Virus record (IMG/VR): IMGVR_UViG_3300020059_000001
Span: 78,679-108,404 of that record
DNA length: 29,726 bases
Source: a virus
Lineage: Duplodnaviria > Heunggongvirae > Uroviricota > Caudoviricetes
Reading direction: 5' to 3' (one strand)
Shown: piece by piece, positions 15,912 to 24,425 of the stretch
Layout: the number at the start of each line of letters is the position of its first letter
Position numbering within the stretch: the first letter of the stretch is position 1
Notes under the pieces: model-generated
The model's input: the letters and a program-made list of their open reading frames with translations, nothing else
Database searches by the model: none
Told to the model about the DNA's origin: nothing
Made by a program: the position numbers and the translations under genes

Positions 15912-18900
15912 AACTGCCGAAGAACTGCTGCGGCGGCGCCTCTGGCAGCCCCTTTTCGGTGGCGGTACCACGAGCCTCGTGGGCCAGAACAGCAGCTACC
16001 GCGGCGTCGATACGTAGCCCGTCACCGCGTTTCGCTAACTTCAGGTAGTGGGTGGCGATGCTGTTTTCGTCACCCGGTCGTGGCTTCTTCCGGGATCCCT
16101 TGACCAACACCGCGTTTTTGCAGTGTCGGGTAAGTATTTCGGAGTTGGCGTGGCTGATGTCGCCGGCAGCGAACGAGGTGTTGAACCGTTCGATCGCCTT
16201 GTCGAACCGTTGTTCGACGTTGGTTGGGAATTCGATGATCTGTTTCGGCCAGAGCGCCGACCACACATCCAAATAGTCTTGCCACCGGTACGGGTCGGCG
16301 AACATGAGGGTTACTTGGTAGGCGCCGAATACTTCCCGGACGGTTTGGTCGACTTCAACCGAGGGAACTTTCCAGTCTTCGTCGGCGTCTTTGGGTCGTT
16401 CCCAGGTTTTGAGGTTGAACAGTCGGCCGTCGGACATGCGGGAGGCGATCAGTGAGGTCGCGTCGCGGAGTTTGGAACCGTCGAAGCCGATCGCGATCGG
16501 CGTCTTCGGGGCCAGCAGGTCGTCGTAGGCGGCCAGGTCCCAGCGGATCGGGTCGACGAACACGGACTCGCCGACGACGATTTCGTTGAGGAAGAACCGG
16601 CGCCGGTCGGCTTCCAAATGTCGACTGGACCGGACTTCGTGCATGATGCGGCCTTTGATGTTGACCCAGCCGCCCTGTTCACGAGCCGAGTCACCGTATT
16701 GGCGTAGCAGCTCGGCGTACAGTTCGTCGTCGTCGGTGAGGTCGTCGACTCGATGTGAGTCGACGGTGTCGAGGAGGACCCGTTTCGTACCGGTGTTCTT
16801 CGACAGTGCCGGGTCGGCGCCGTCGCGTGGCACACGGACGGAGTCGTCGGAATCGGCGGTGACCTGGGCTTCGGAACCCTCGGTGGGATCCCAGGCGTTT
16901 GTTAGTTCAAGCCACCGGCCGTCCATGCCGGCGACGTTCCGTTTGACCGCGCCGCAGACCCGCCGGTATCCACCCTGGAGGGTAAAGAGGTGGGAATTGT
17001 GGGTAGGAATCCAACCTTCACCGGCAAGGAAGAGGCTGTCGACTGCATCGACGGTAATACAGCGAACGGGTACCGAGTCCACCGGCTCGATCGAGTCAAC
17101 TGTCAACCAGTCATGTCGATCAGCCGCGACAGGTACCCGGAATTCGCGGCCGTCGGCGACCATCTCTCCCGTTGTACGAACTTTCGGCAGTGCCGCGGAA
17201 CCGTTGACGCGGGTTTCCCAAAGGTGTCCGTCGCTGGCAACGATGCTCGTTCCGTCGGCGAAGGTAAGCCGGTAACAAGTACGGTCGTTCTGAACCTCGG
17301 TAGCACCGATTACACAGACTATGGAGCCGTCGCGACCAAAGATTCGGTCGCCGACCGAGATGTCGCCCATCGTGGTCCAGCCCGTCGGCGTCGGCACCGG
17401 CGTATCAAGGGCAAGGGCTTCCGTGATGGTGACAAAACTCAATGGAGCGCCGAGCCGGGCCTTGGCGCTGGTGGTAACAGGTTCGATGGTGCCGCCGGCC
17501 GGCAGGTTGATACGGGTTTGGCCACAGTCCATTCCATCGACGTTGATGAGTGGTCCGAGGCGGATCATGTCGAGGAGCGGGCGCCAGGTGTTGGAGGTGT
17601 TGTGCGTTGGGACAGCGCGACGGCCAGCTAGGAACAAGTGGTCGGTGGTGTTGATGCCGACGCACTTGACCGGTACTGATTCGACGGACTCGACCGAAAC
17701 GATCTGCCGGTAGTCGCCCAATCGACGCTGCGGGCGGGTGGACTGCCTGCTGGCCTTGTGGGTCAGCTGGAACACGGGTTCTTCGCGGGGAACGAAGAAG
17801 ATCCGCCAGGCGGCGGCCGTGCGGTCGAACCGCATGTTCCAGCGGTACCCGAGTGAGGTCAGCAGCTCGCCGAGGCCGTCGATGATGGCCCGGTTGATGT
17901 TCGTAAAGCCGGCACGGCCGTTGACTTCGATGTGGCCGTCGGAATCCATCAGCCCCTGCAACAGGGCCAGGCGTTGCTTGTGACCGGCTCGCAGGTAGGC
18001 GGCAGGGATGTGCTTGCTTCCCAGCACGTCCAGGTCGCGTAGCCGCTCCCGGAGTGTGCGCAGCCGCTCCGGCGCCGGCCGGTCTGGGCCGCCGGTGCGG
18101 TCCTTGGTACGCCGGCACGGGCCGCACGCCTGGCCGACCATGTCGATTCCGTATTCGTGACCCCAGGGGCATAGGCCCTGCCGGCGGCGGATGCGGAGAA
18201 GCCCCGTATTGCCAACACCTTGGCCCCAGGCGATGTCTTCGAACGGCAGGGTAAGGGGAGCAATGATGGCTTCCACCTCGGCCTTGAGGCGGAGGTCGAA
18301 GGTGATGGACGCATCGCTGGCCGAGCCGTCACCCAGCCAAAGTCCGAGAATGTATGGGTCAACTGGCAGGTCGTCCCCGTCGGGAAGATCCCATACGACA
18401 CCCGCGGGTACCCGGTACCGTGCTCGGAATCCCTTGTCCGATGGAACGCGGTATGTGGCGGCTAGCTGTTCGGTCGTCAGCGTGACCGTACGGGTCCGTG
18501 TCCGGTTCCGGTCGTCGCGGTGGGTAACGTCTTCGACGGTCCAGCTGTGTGCTGCGGACGCCGTTATCCGCTCGCCGTCAGAAAACGTCACGGCATAGCA
18601 GCGTTCACCGAGTAACACCGGGGTTTCATGGACGACGTATGCGGTGCTGCCGTCCGCGGCGAAGATGCGGTCTCCGCGGCGGAGGTCACCCATTGTCGTC
18701 CAGCCGTCAGGTGTGGGCACCGGTGTATCGAGTGCCAACGGCTGTTCTTCTGAGGTGCCGAGGCAGACGATCAGCGGTGTTGGGTAGGGGGCGCCGACTG
18801 GTTCGCCGGTTTCGTCCCAGCCGTCGAAGCGGGTCGGGCCGAGCGCTTCGGCGAGGATGATCGCGGCTGCTAGTGGGTCTTTGCCGTGTTTCTGGGCCCG

Positions 18901-19128
18901 CCGGAATTGGCCGCCGGTGTAGATGAGCGCGTCGGGGGCTGGCCACGGCGCGGCGTACGGGTACAACCGATAGTAATGAAGAAGAAACAAGTATTGTTCG
19001 TCGGTCAGTTTGTACTGCTGGCCGCGGCGGTAACCGTCGGGGATGACGACGTGATTCTCGATCCATTCGGCTACCCGGTAGCCGAGGGTTGGGATTTCGC
19101 CTTCATATTGGGGGCCACGCCAGGGCAT
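15904..19128 (-). CDS. terL: Terminase large subunit with two inteins
   Basis: Walker A variant RRAQKHGKDP; SEEQ|TSN and VTITE|SHL junctions; nuclease motifs IGFDGSK..D, ADPYRW and IDAAVA. Confidence 0.93.
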   Translation of the reverse strand: MPWRGPQYEGEIPTLGYRVAEWIENHVVIPDGYRRGQQYKLTDEQYLFLLHYYRLYPYAAPWPAPDALIYTGGQFRRAQKHGKDPLAAAIILAEALGPTRFDGWDETGEPVGAPYPTPLIVCLGTSEEQPLALDTPVPTPDGWTTMGDLRRGDRIFAADGSTAYVVHETPVLLGERCYAVTFSDGERITASAAHSWTVEDVTHRDDRNRTRTRTVTLTTEQLAATYRVPSDKGFRARYRVPAGVVWDLPDGDDLPVDPYILGLWLGDGSASDASITFDLRLKAEVEAIIAPLTLPFEDIAWGQGVGNTGLLRIRRRQGLCPWGHEYGIDMVGQACGPCRRTKDRTGGPDRPAPERLRTLRERLRDLDVLGSKHIPAAYLRAGHKQRLALLQGLMDSDGHIEVNGRAGFTNINRAIIDGLGELLTSLGYRWNMRFDRTAAAWRIFFVPREEPVFQLTHKASRQSTRPQRRLGDYRQIVSVESVESVPVKCVGINTTDHLFLAGRRAVPTHNTSNTWRPLLDMIRLGPLINVDGMDCGQTRINLPAGGTIEPVTTSAKARLGAPLSFVTITEALALDTPVPTPTGWTTMGDISVGDRIFGRDGSIVCVIGATEVQNDRTCYRLTFADGTSIVASDGHLWETRVNGSAALPKVRTTGEMVADGREFRVPVAADRHDWLTVDSIEPVDSVPVRCITVDAVDSLFLAGEGWIPTHNSHLFTLQGGYRRVCGAVKRNVAGMDGRWLELTNAWDPTEGSEAQVTADSDDSVRVPRDGADPALSKNTGTKRVLLDTVDSHRVDDLTDDDELYAELLRQYGDSAREQGGWVNIKGRIMHEVRSSRHLEADRRRFFLNEIVVGESVFVDPIRWDLAAYDDLLAPKTPIAIGFDGSKLRDATSLIASRMSDGRLFNLKTWERPKDADEDWKVPSVEVDQTVREVFGAYQVTLMFADPYRWQDYLDVWSALWPKQIIEFPTNVEQRFDKAIERFNTSFAAGDISHANSEILTRHCKNAVLVKGSRKKPRPGDENSIATHYLKLAKRGDGLRIDAAVAAVLAHEARGTATEKGLPEAPPQQFFGSWR
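16996..17418 (-). mobile_element. Class-3 mini-intein in TerL (141 aa)
   Basis: Starts ALALDTPVPTP and ends IPTHN/S; GHLW, VRCI and THN (WCT); no endonuclease. Confidence 0.9.
17599..18741 (-). mobile_element. Class-3 intein with LAGLIDADG endonuclease in TerL (381 aa)
   Basis: Starts PLALDTPVPTP and ends VPTHN/T; AHSW, VKCV and THN; LGLWLGDGS and LQGLMDSDG. Confidence 0.9.
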
Positions 19129-19150
19129 AGAACCCTCCCTGACCGCTGTT

Positions 19151-19400
19151 GTCTATCCGATAGAAGGGGGTCTTTGGCCTCTGGGCAGCGGCATGGCACG
19201 GCACGGGTCGCGAAGGCACGGCAGGGCAGCAGCGGAGAGGCGCGGGCTGGCAAAGCGAGCGATGGCGAGGCGAGGCGAGGCGAGGGACGGCGGCATCGGC
19301 GTGGCTAGGTTAGGCATGGCTGGGCACGGTAGGCATGGCAGCAGCGGCGAGGCTGGGGTTGGGGTTGGGGTTGGCTGGGCCAGGCAGGGCGCGGCCGGCT
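19151..19400 (+). repeat. GGY-NN pentamer array 5 (4 units, more degenerate); putative guide ncRNA
   Basis: Hairpin at 19167-19181, then GGCAGC; linkers at 19225, 19289 (ggcggcatc) and 19337; ends GGCCGGCT followed by a T-run. Confidence 0.87.
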
Positions 19401-19479
19401 TTTTCTCGCTGTCGGTGGCGGCTCCCGGAGGGGGGTCGCCACCGACGACATCCATGGCAACCTGTGCTATACACATATC

Positions 19480-19938
19480 ATGGGTGTTTCCACAGATGCG
19501 GTATTGGCATACGGATATGATCTCGGCAGCGACGGCGATCTCCTGATCAAGGAGACTGGCCGGCTACAGCCGGCCTGGTTCGACCCGCGAGGCGCGTCCT
19601 TCGCCGTCCAAGCGGAAGAACGACTCCTCCTCGGGGCTGGGTTCGCAGAAACGGACCGCCGCGCCGGGGGCTACTACGAGCGGCGCCGGAAGGCGCAGTG
19701 GCAGGTCGGTGTCGAGGTCCGCCGGTACGGCTCAGATGGGACACCGGGATACATCCTGTCCGCGAAGACGATTATCGTGCCGCGTGGGTACGTGCACCCA
19801 CTCGACCTGACCGGTCTGGCCGCTGGACCAACCGGCCGAGGTTTCGACGAGAAGCTCAGCGGCGCGTTGCGCGCATTGGGGATCACCCCGAAGCAGGACA
19901 AGCCGGCCTGGTTGCTCTGCTCCTACTGGAACGGCTGA
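19480..19938 (+). CDS. Hypothetical protein, paralog A
   Basis: MGVSTDAVLAYGYDLG...LGITPKQDKPAWLLCSYW. Confidence 0.8.
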   Translation: MGVSTDAVLAYGYDLGSDGDLLIKETGRLQPAWFDPRGASFAVQAEERLLLGAGFAETDRRAGGYYERRRKAQWQVGVEVRRYGSDGTPGYILSAKTIIVPRGYVHPLDLTGLAAGPTGRGFDEKLSGALRALGITPKQDKPAWLLCSYWNG

Positions 19939-19940
19939 CC

Positions 19941-20423
19941 GTGGGCACTAGCACCAATGCCATCCTGGCCTACGGCTACAACCTCGGCGGACCCGAAGAA
20001 GGCTGGGCTGTCCGAGAAGCTGACGGCGACGGTCTTCTTCGGACCGACTGGTACGACGAAGATAACGACGATGATGACGGGGCCGACTTCGTCGCCGCCG
20101 CTGAGAAACGACTGTTGACCGCGGTCGGGTTCACCGAAACTGACTACAAGGCGCCAGGCTACTCGGACCGGAGGAAGATAGCCGAGGCGCAGATCGGGGT
20201 GGTGTTCGACGCGTATTGCCACATCGACTTCCCGCTGTACATCATGGCCACGAACGTCATCACCGTACGTCGTGGCAACATGGAATACCTTGATCTACAT
20301 GCCCTGGCCGGGGAACCGGCACATCATAACTGGGACGAGCAACTCACCGTGGCCCTGCGGATCTTAGGTATTACCCCAATTCAGCCGCAGCCCGACTGGC
20401 TGCTCTGCTCCTACTGGGGCTAA
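19941..20423 (+). CDS. Hypothetical protein, paralog B
   Basis: GTG start re-called; VGTSTNAILAYGYNLG...LGITPIQPQPDWLLCSYW. Confidence 0.8.
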   Translation: MGTSTNAILAYGYNLGGPEEGWAVREADGDGLLRTDWYDEDNDDDDGADFVAAAEKRLLTAVGFTETDYKAPGYSDRRKIAEAQIGVVFDAYCHIDFPLYIMATNVITVRRGNMEYLDLHALAGEPAHHNWDEQLTVALRILGITPIQPQPDWLLCSYWG

Positions 20424-20426
20424 CCG

Positions 20427-20639
20427 ATGACGAACTCCGTATGGCGTAACGATTCTACCGACGGAACCATCCGAATCAGCCTACCCGACCCCGATCACAT
20501 TCTGATCGTTGCCAGTAATAGCGAATTCTTTACCGTCATACCAACTACTCGTGACTTCTCAGGAACGGAAATTCTTCAACGTATCGACGATGGATACGCC
20601 CGAGCTAGCAACCTCTTGTTGCCTGATGAACGTACCTGA
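20427..20639 (+). CDS. Hypothetical protein
   Basis: ORF track; tightly packed in the operon. Confidence 0.55.
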   Translation: MTNSVWRNDSTDGTIRISLPDPDHILIVASNSEFFTVIPTTRDFSGTEILQRIDDGYARASNLLLPDERT

Positions 20640-20650
20640 TTGGCAATTCC

Positions 20651-20866
20651 GTGATTCTTACCTGGTGTCAGTACAACCGCGACGACAAGAAGGCAACCAC
20701 ACCGGAAACTGATTGGCTGGTGTGGATTGTGGAAGACCTTCATGGCGAGGTATCCGTTGGCTACTTCGACGGCACCGTATGGCGAACATGGGAAGGCTCC
20801 GGTGACTGTTCGGTGTCGTGGTGGGCGCCGATTACCTACCCGAGTATGCCGAAAGCAACGTCATGA
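20651..20866 (+). CDS. DUF551-like small phage protein
   Basis: PE...VW...GYFDG..W...VSWWAPI.YP pattern. Confidence 0.6.
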   Translation: MILTWCQYNRDDKKATTPETDWLVWIVEDLHGEVSVGYFDGTVWRTWEGSGDCSVSWWAPITYPSMPKATS

Positions 20867-21147
20867 GGGCACCGAAGCAAGGCGAGCAGTTCGTATGGGT
20901 TCCCGGTAAGGGTTACTTCCGGATGCCGCTTGACGTCACAGTAACCCCGGAAAATGCCCAGAAGTTCGGTGAGCAGGTTCCGTTGCCGACGGACCCGCCT
21001 TCCGTAACCCGCGGCTACCAGTTACTGAACTTACTGCGACAGGAAGTTCAGCGGTTGTATCAGGTCGACGAAGACGCCGCCCGGGAAGTAATGAGCGAAG
21101 TGTCGACATTCGAAACGGATTGGTGGGGCAGCAATGGAGCACTTTAA
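20863..21147 (+). CDS. Hypothetical protein
   Basis: Start re-called at an ATGA overlap (MRAPKQGE). Confidence 0.6.
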   Translation: MRAPKQGEQFVWVPGKGYFRMPLDVTVTPENAQKFGEQVPLPTDPPSVTRGYQLLNLLRQEVQRLYQVDEDAAREVMSEVSTFETDWWGSNGAL

Positions 21148-21628
21148 ACAGCCCCGGGAGGGGATCGTCGGTACCGACCGCAGCGACAGCGACCTGCTCT
21201 CCCTGGACATGGTGGCGGTGGCGCACCGCGACGCCCTGATCGCTATGGCTTGGCACCTCAACGCCACGACCATGGACGGTCACCGGGCGCCGATCGCCGC
21301 GCAGATCTACCAGCGGCTTAAGTCACCGCGGCCCGGGGACCTCGTTGTCGAACCGGTCGCGTCTAGGTATTCGAAAGACCTGGACACCAGGATCAAGGCC
21401 CTCGGCTATCTGATCGAGAAACGTGAAGAGTGGTGGCTGACCGATGAGGACTGGGAAACGGCGAAGGTCGAGGATGGTGGCCTAACCGACGAGGACCGGC
21501 AGACTGACGTCGCCTGGTACATCCAGTACGGGCCGGACCCGGTCGACATCTGCCGATGGGTCAACTGTACTTTCATCACAGTCCCGATCCGGTCGGACGA
21601 GTTCCGGTCACCGAACTCCGGTGGCTAG
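21134..21628 (+). CDS. Hypothetical protein
   Basis: ORF track; overlaps both neighbours. Confidence 0.7.
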   Translation: MEHFKQPREGIVGTDRSDSDLLSLDMVAVAHRDALIAMAWHLNATTMDGHRAPIAAQIYQRLKSPRPGDLVVEPVASRYSKDLDTRIKALGYLIEKREEWWLTDEDWETAKVEDGGLTDEDRQTDVAWYIQYGPDPVDICRWVNCTFITVPIRSDEFRSPNSGG

Positions 21629-21830
21629 CAAGGAATGCCGCTGCGATAGCCGGTACCTCGGCTGCCAGCACGGCCTGCCGTGTCCCGGCGGACCGATCTA
21701 CAGCGGCAACGGCGGTCTCTGCCCGGACTGCGCTGAACGGGTAGCTGAAGACATGACCCGCAGGTTTGTCGCCGGACTGCGCCGCAACGGCGTCCAGGTC
21801 GACAACGTCACCCGAAGGGAACCACGTTGA
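21621..21830 (+). CDS. Small Cys-rich hypothetical protein
   Basis: CRC...C...C...CPDC. Confidence 0.6.
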   Translation: MASKECRCDSRYLGCQHGLPCPGGPIYSGNGGLCPDCAERVAEDMTRRFVAGLRRNGVQVDNVTRREPR

Positions 21831-22174
21831 AAAAATGGCAGACCATCCCTATTGGTGCCGGCCTCGGCCTTAGTGCGTTCGGCCTTGTTATGCTCGTCGG
21901 CTGCGGAGCCAGCGAACGGAACCAGAACGTTGACAAAAAGTCGGCCCGTGACATCGGCCCGGCGCTGATTATCAACATGCCACGAGGTTTCCGTAACGTG
22001 GCGTTCAAGTGCTACGGCCCCAACGGCGTCTACGTCACCAGCCGCGGTGACGCGTTTTCGTCTGGTGACCAGGGCCCGGAGTTGCCGTCGTCGGTGTATG
22101 TGGTGGCCGGCGACGAGAATTGCAAGAACCCCGGCGCGCCGACGGATCAGCCGACCGGGACACCGACGCGGTGA
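21827..22174 (+). CDS. Putative lipoprotein
   Basis: Basic N-terminus, hydrophobic stretch and lipobox LVGC. Confidence 0.7.
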   Translation: MKKWQTIPIGAGLGLSAFGLVMLVGCGASERNQNVDKKSARDIGPALIINMPRGFRNVAFKCYGPNGVYVTSRGDAFSSGDQGPELPSSVYVVAGDENCKNPGAPTDQPTGTPTR

Positions 22175-22362
22175 TGGCTGAAACGCGGCGTCAACTCATC
22201 CTTGACACAGTAACTGACCTTGTGTCGGGCTTCCTGTACTACGACCGGAAGGAAGACGAAGACCTGCCGCGGGGCGCAATCGAGGAGGCCGTCGAAAACG
22301 GGGAAATCTCGTGGCAGGACGTTATCGATGAGTTTAGCCGCGAACTTCTGGATGAATCATGA
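22174..22362 (+). CDS. Hypothetical protein
   Basis: Start re-called at MAETRRQLIL; FLYYDRKEDEDL. Confidence 0.65.
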   Translation: MAETRRQLILDTVTDLVSGFLYYDRKEDEDLPRGAIEEAVENGEISWQDVIDEFSRELLDES

Positions 22363-22535
22363 CTGAGGTCAGGGCTGCGTCGCCGGAGGAGTTGGTTGCC
22401 GAGTTGCAGCGCCGTGGGCTGCTGCCGCGCTGCCGGTGTAAACGCTGGCAGACCTACCTCGGTGTGTGGGACCGGGATGGTTACACGTTCCGGTGCCATG
22501 GCTGCCGGAAGTCGATTTGGGGATGTACCTGCTGA
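22359..22535 (+). CDS. Small Cys-rich hypothetical protein (58 aa; not in the ORF track)
   Basis: Manual translation MTEVRAASPEELVAELQRRGLLPRCRC...CHGC...CTC; overlaps the stop and start codons of both neighbours. Confidence 0.65.
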   Translation: MTEVRAASPEELVAELQRRGLLPRCRCKRWQTYLGVWDRDGYTFRCHGCRKSIWGCTC

Positions 22536-22786
22536 TGGCTGAGGAACAGTTCGTTGATGATGGTGGGCCTGAGGTTGTTGTTGTGGAAGCCGGCTCCGAG
22601 CCGCAGGCGTTGTGGGTCCGGGTGGGTCCGGTGTTCGACAGCTCCGGTGAACGTCCAGAACCAGGTGTGTGGGTTGAGTATCAGCCGCGGTACATGGCTA
22701 GCGATCTGGTCGGACCCGTCTTGTTGACACCGGAGTTGTGGGACCGCCTCGACCGGGCCGTCCGGGCACGCCTTGAGGGGACCTGA
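22535..22786 (+). CDS. Hypothetical protein
   Basis: Start re-called at a TGATG overlap (MAEEQFV). Confidence 0.6.
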   Translation: MAEEQFVDDGGPEVVVVEAGSEPQALWVRVGPVFDSSGERPEPGVWVEYQPRYMASDLVGPVLLTPELWDRLDRAVRARLEGT

Positions 22787-22977
22787 TGGAGGATCAGATT
22801 CAGGAGTTGCTGGAACAGATCCGGCGGGCCGGGTTGGTGTTGGGTACGGAGGCGTCGAAACGGACCGGGAACTGGGCCCGCATCGTCGAATCCGAAGGTC
22901 TCGGTATTGCCCATCTGGCTAGCGAGGCTCTGGAGGTTCGTTCACGAGAGGTGCCGTGGGTAGCGGATGAACAGTAG
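22786..22977 (+). CDS. Hypothetical protein
   Basis: TGATG coupling. Confidence 0.55.
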   Translation: MEDQIQELLEQIRRAGLVLGTEASKRTGNWARIVESEGLGIAHLASEALEVRSREVPWVADEQ

Positions 22978-23179
22978 CGAGCGGGATGCGTTGGCTGAGG
23001 CGATCTTCCAGGCGGCGGATGAGAAGCATTTTGGTGTGATGGGCGCGGTGCTGAAGGTCTGCGGCCAAGGTGAAGTTTTCAACGATGAGTTGGCTGCCCA
23101 ATATGTCATCGAGGCGTCTGAGGCGCATGGCATGGTCCGCGCCGCCCGGATTGTCCAGCAGTGGCCGGTGACGGATTGA
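22967..23179 (+). CDS. Hypothetical protein
   Basis: ORF track; coupled to neighbours. Confidence 0.55.
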   Translation: MNSSERDALAEAIFQAADEKHFGVMGAVLKVCGQGEVFNDELAAQYVIEASEAHGMVRAARIVQQWPVTD

Positions 23180-23436
23180 TGGCCGGCGACGACGGCTGGG
23201 TCGAGATTGACGGTGCCCGGTGGTCGCCCGGTGACGGTAATCCGATGCCGCTCGACGACCTCGACGAGGCGTCGGGGGTTCGCTATCCGCATCCGTGGGA
23301 TTGGGTCGAGGTGTTGCTGTGCCGGACGGTCGGCTGCACCGGACCACTGTCGCAGTGGTTTATGTGGCCGCATCGGTACGTCTGTACCCCGGTCGCGATG
23401 CGGATGTGGCGGAAAGACCAACAGGAGAATCGATGA
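23179..23436 (+). CDS. Hypothetical protein
   Basis: TGATG coupling (MAGDDGWVE). Confidence 0.55.
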   Translation: MAGDDGWVEIDGARWSPGDGNPMPLDDLDEASGVRYPHPWDWVEVLLCRTVGCTGPLSQWFMWPHRYVCTPVAMRMWRKDQQENR

Positions 23437-23909
23437 TTCCGATCAGCTATGTCACTGGTGATGCGACGGATCCGCAGGTACCAGGACCGAAGATCATTAC
23501 CCACGTGTGTAATGACGTCGGCGGATGGGGGGCCGGTTTCGTGTTGGCCCTGTCGCGGCGTTGGCCGAAGCCCGAGCACCAGTACCGGTCGTGGCACCGG
23601 TTTCGGGGTTCGGTGCCGTTCGAGTTGGGCCTGGTGCAGTTCGTTGACGTGGGACCCGAGCTGCTGGTCGCGAACATGATTGCCCAGGCCGGCTACGTCA
23701 AGAGCTTCACGCCGCCGATCCGTTACGACGCGGTCGAGATGTGCCTGTTGAAGGTGGCATCGGTGGCGGCGCCGTGGCCAGCGTCGGTGCACATGCCACG
23801 GATCGGCTGCGGGCTCGGAGGAGCGACCTGGGAAAGGATTGAACCCATCATCGAACGCACACTATGTGCAGCCGACATCCCGGTCTACGTCTACGACTTG
23901 GCGCAGTGA
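23433..23909 (+). CDS. Macro domain protein (Poa1p/TARG1-like ADP-ribose-processing fold)
   Basis: YVTGDAT, HVCNDVGGWGAGF and HMPRIGCGLGG motifs; start re-called at MIPISY. Confidence 0.9.
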   Translation: MIPISYVTGDATDPQVPGPKIITHVCNDVGGWGAGFVLALSRRWPKPEHQYRSWHRFRGSVPFELGLVQFVDVGPELLVANMIAQAGYVKSFTPPIRYDAVEMCLLKVASVAAPWPASVHMPRIGCGLGGATWERIEPIIERTLCAADIPVYVYDLAQ

Positions 23910-24409
23910 TGGACGTAACCGATGACCTAGTCGAGTGGCTAAGAGCACAACTAGAAGAAGATGAGCGGGTAGCACGGGCGACGCTGGCCGACAACGTCAC
24001 TGGCAGGTGGCATCCGCAGATGGCGGCTGGATACCTGCACGAGGCGGTAACGGACGAGAGCGGCGTTCGGCTGGCGACTGGACCTCAGCGCATCAACGAG
24101 CACATCGCTCTTCATGACCCTGTCCGGGTACTCCGAGACGTAGCCGCCGGCCTCAAGTTGATCGCCGTGTACGAGGAAGCGAAGGCGTACTACGACGCTC
24201 ACCGCGAAGCGCCGGCCGGGGAGGTGACCGGGCTGCGCACCGCCATCCAACTTCTCGCTGCTGGGTCTTTCGGGGATCGTCCTGGCCTCCGGGAGGAGTG
24301 GCTCTACGACGTTGGCGATCAGCTGGAGACGCCCGAGGGAACGCCGAAGGCCGCGTCTGAGATGTACCGCCCGATGACCAGCGACAGCGACCCGTGGTGG
24401 GAAAGATGA
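23909..24409 (+). CDS. DUF6221-like actinophage protein
   Basis: LVEWLRAQLEEDERVA...HIALHDPVRVLRDV...DRPGLREEW. Confidence 0.75.
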   Translation: MDVTDDLVEWLRAQLEEDERVARATLADNVTGRWHPQMAAGYLHEAVTDESGVRLATGPQRINEHIALHDPVRVLRDVAAGLKLIAVYEEAKAYYDAHREAPAGEVTGLRTAIQLLAAGSFGDRPGLREEWLYDVGDQLETPEGTPKAASEMYRPMTSDSDPWWER

Positions 24410-24425
24410 TCGGCGAGTTGTGTAG

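Noticed and set aside
19351-19372. (GGGGTT)3 telomere-like or G-quadruplex motif
   Set aside because: Only three copies, inside array 5; best explained as local slippage of a GGG-TT pentamer.
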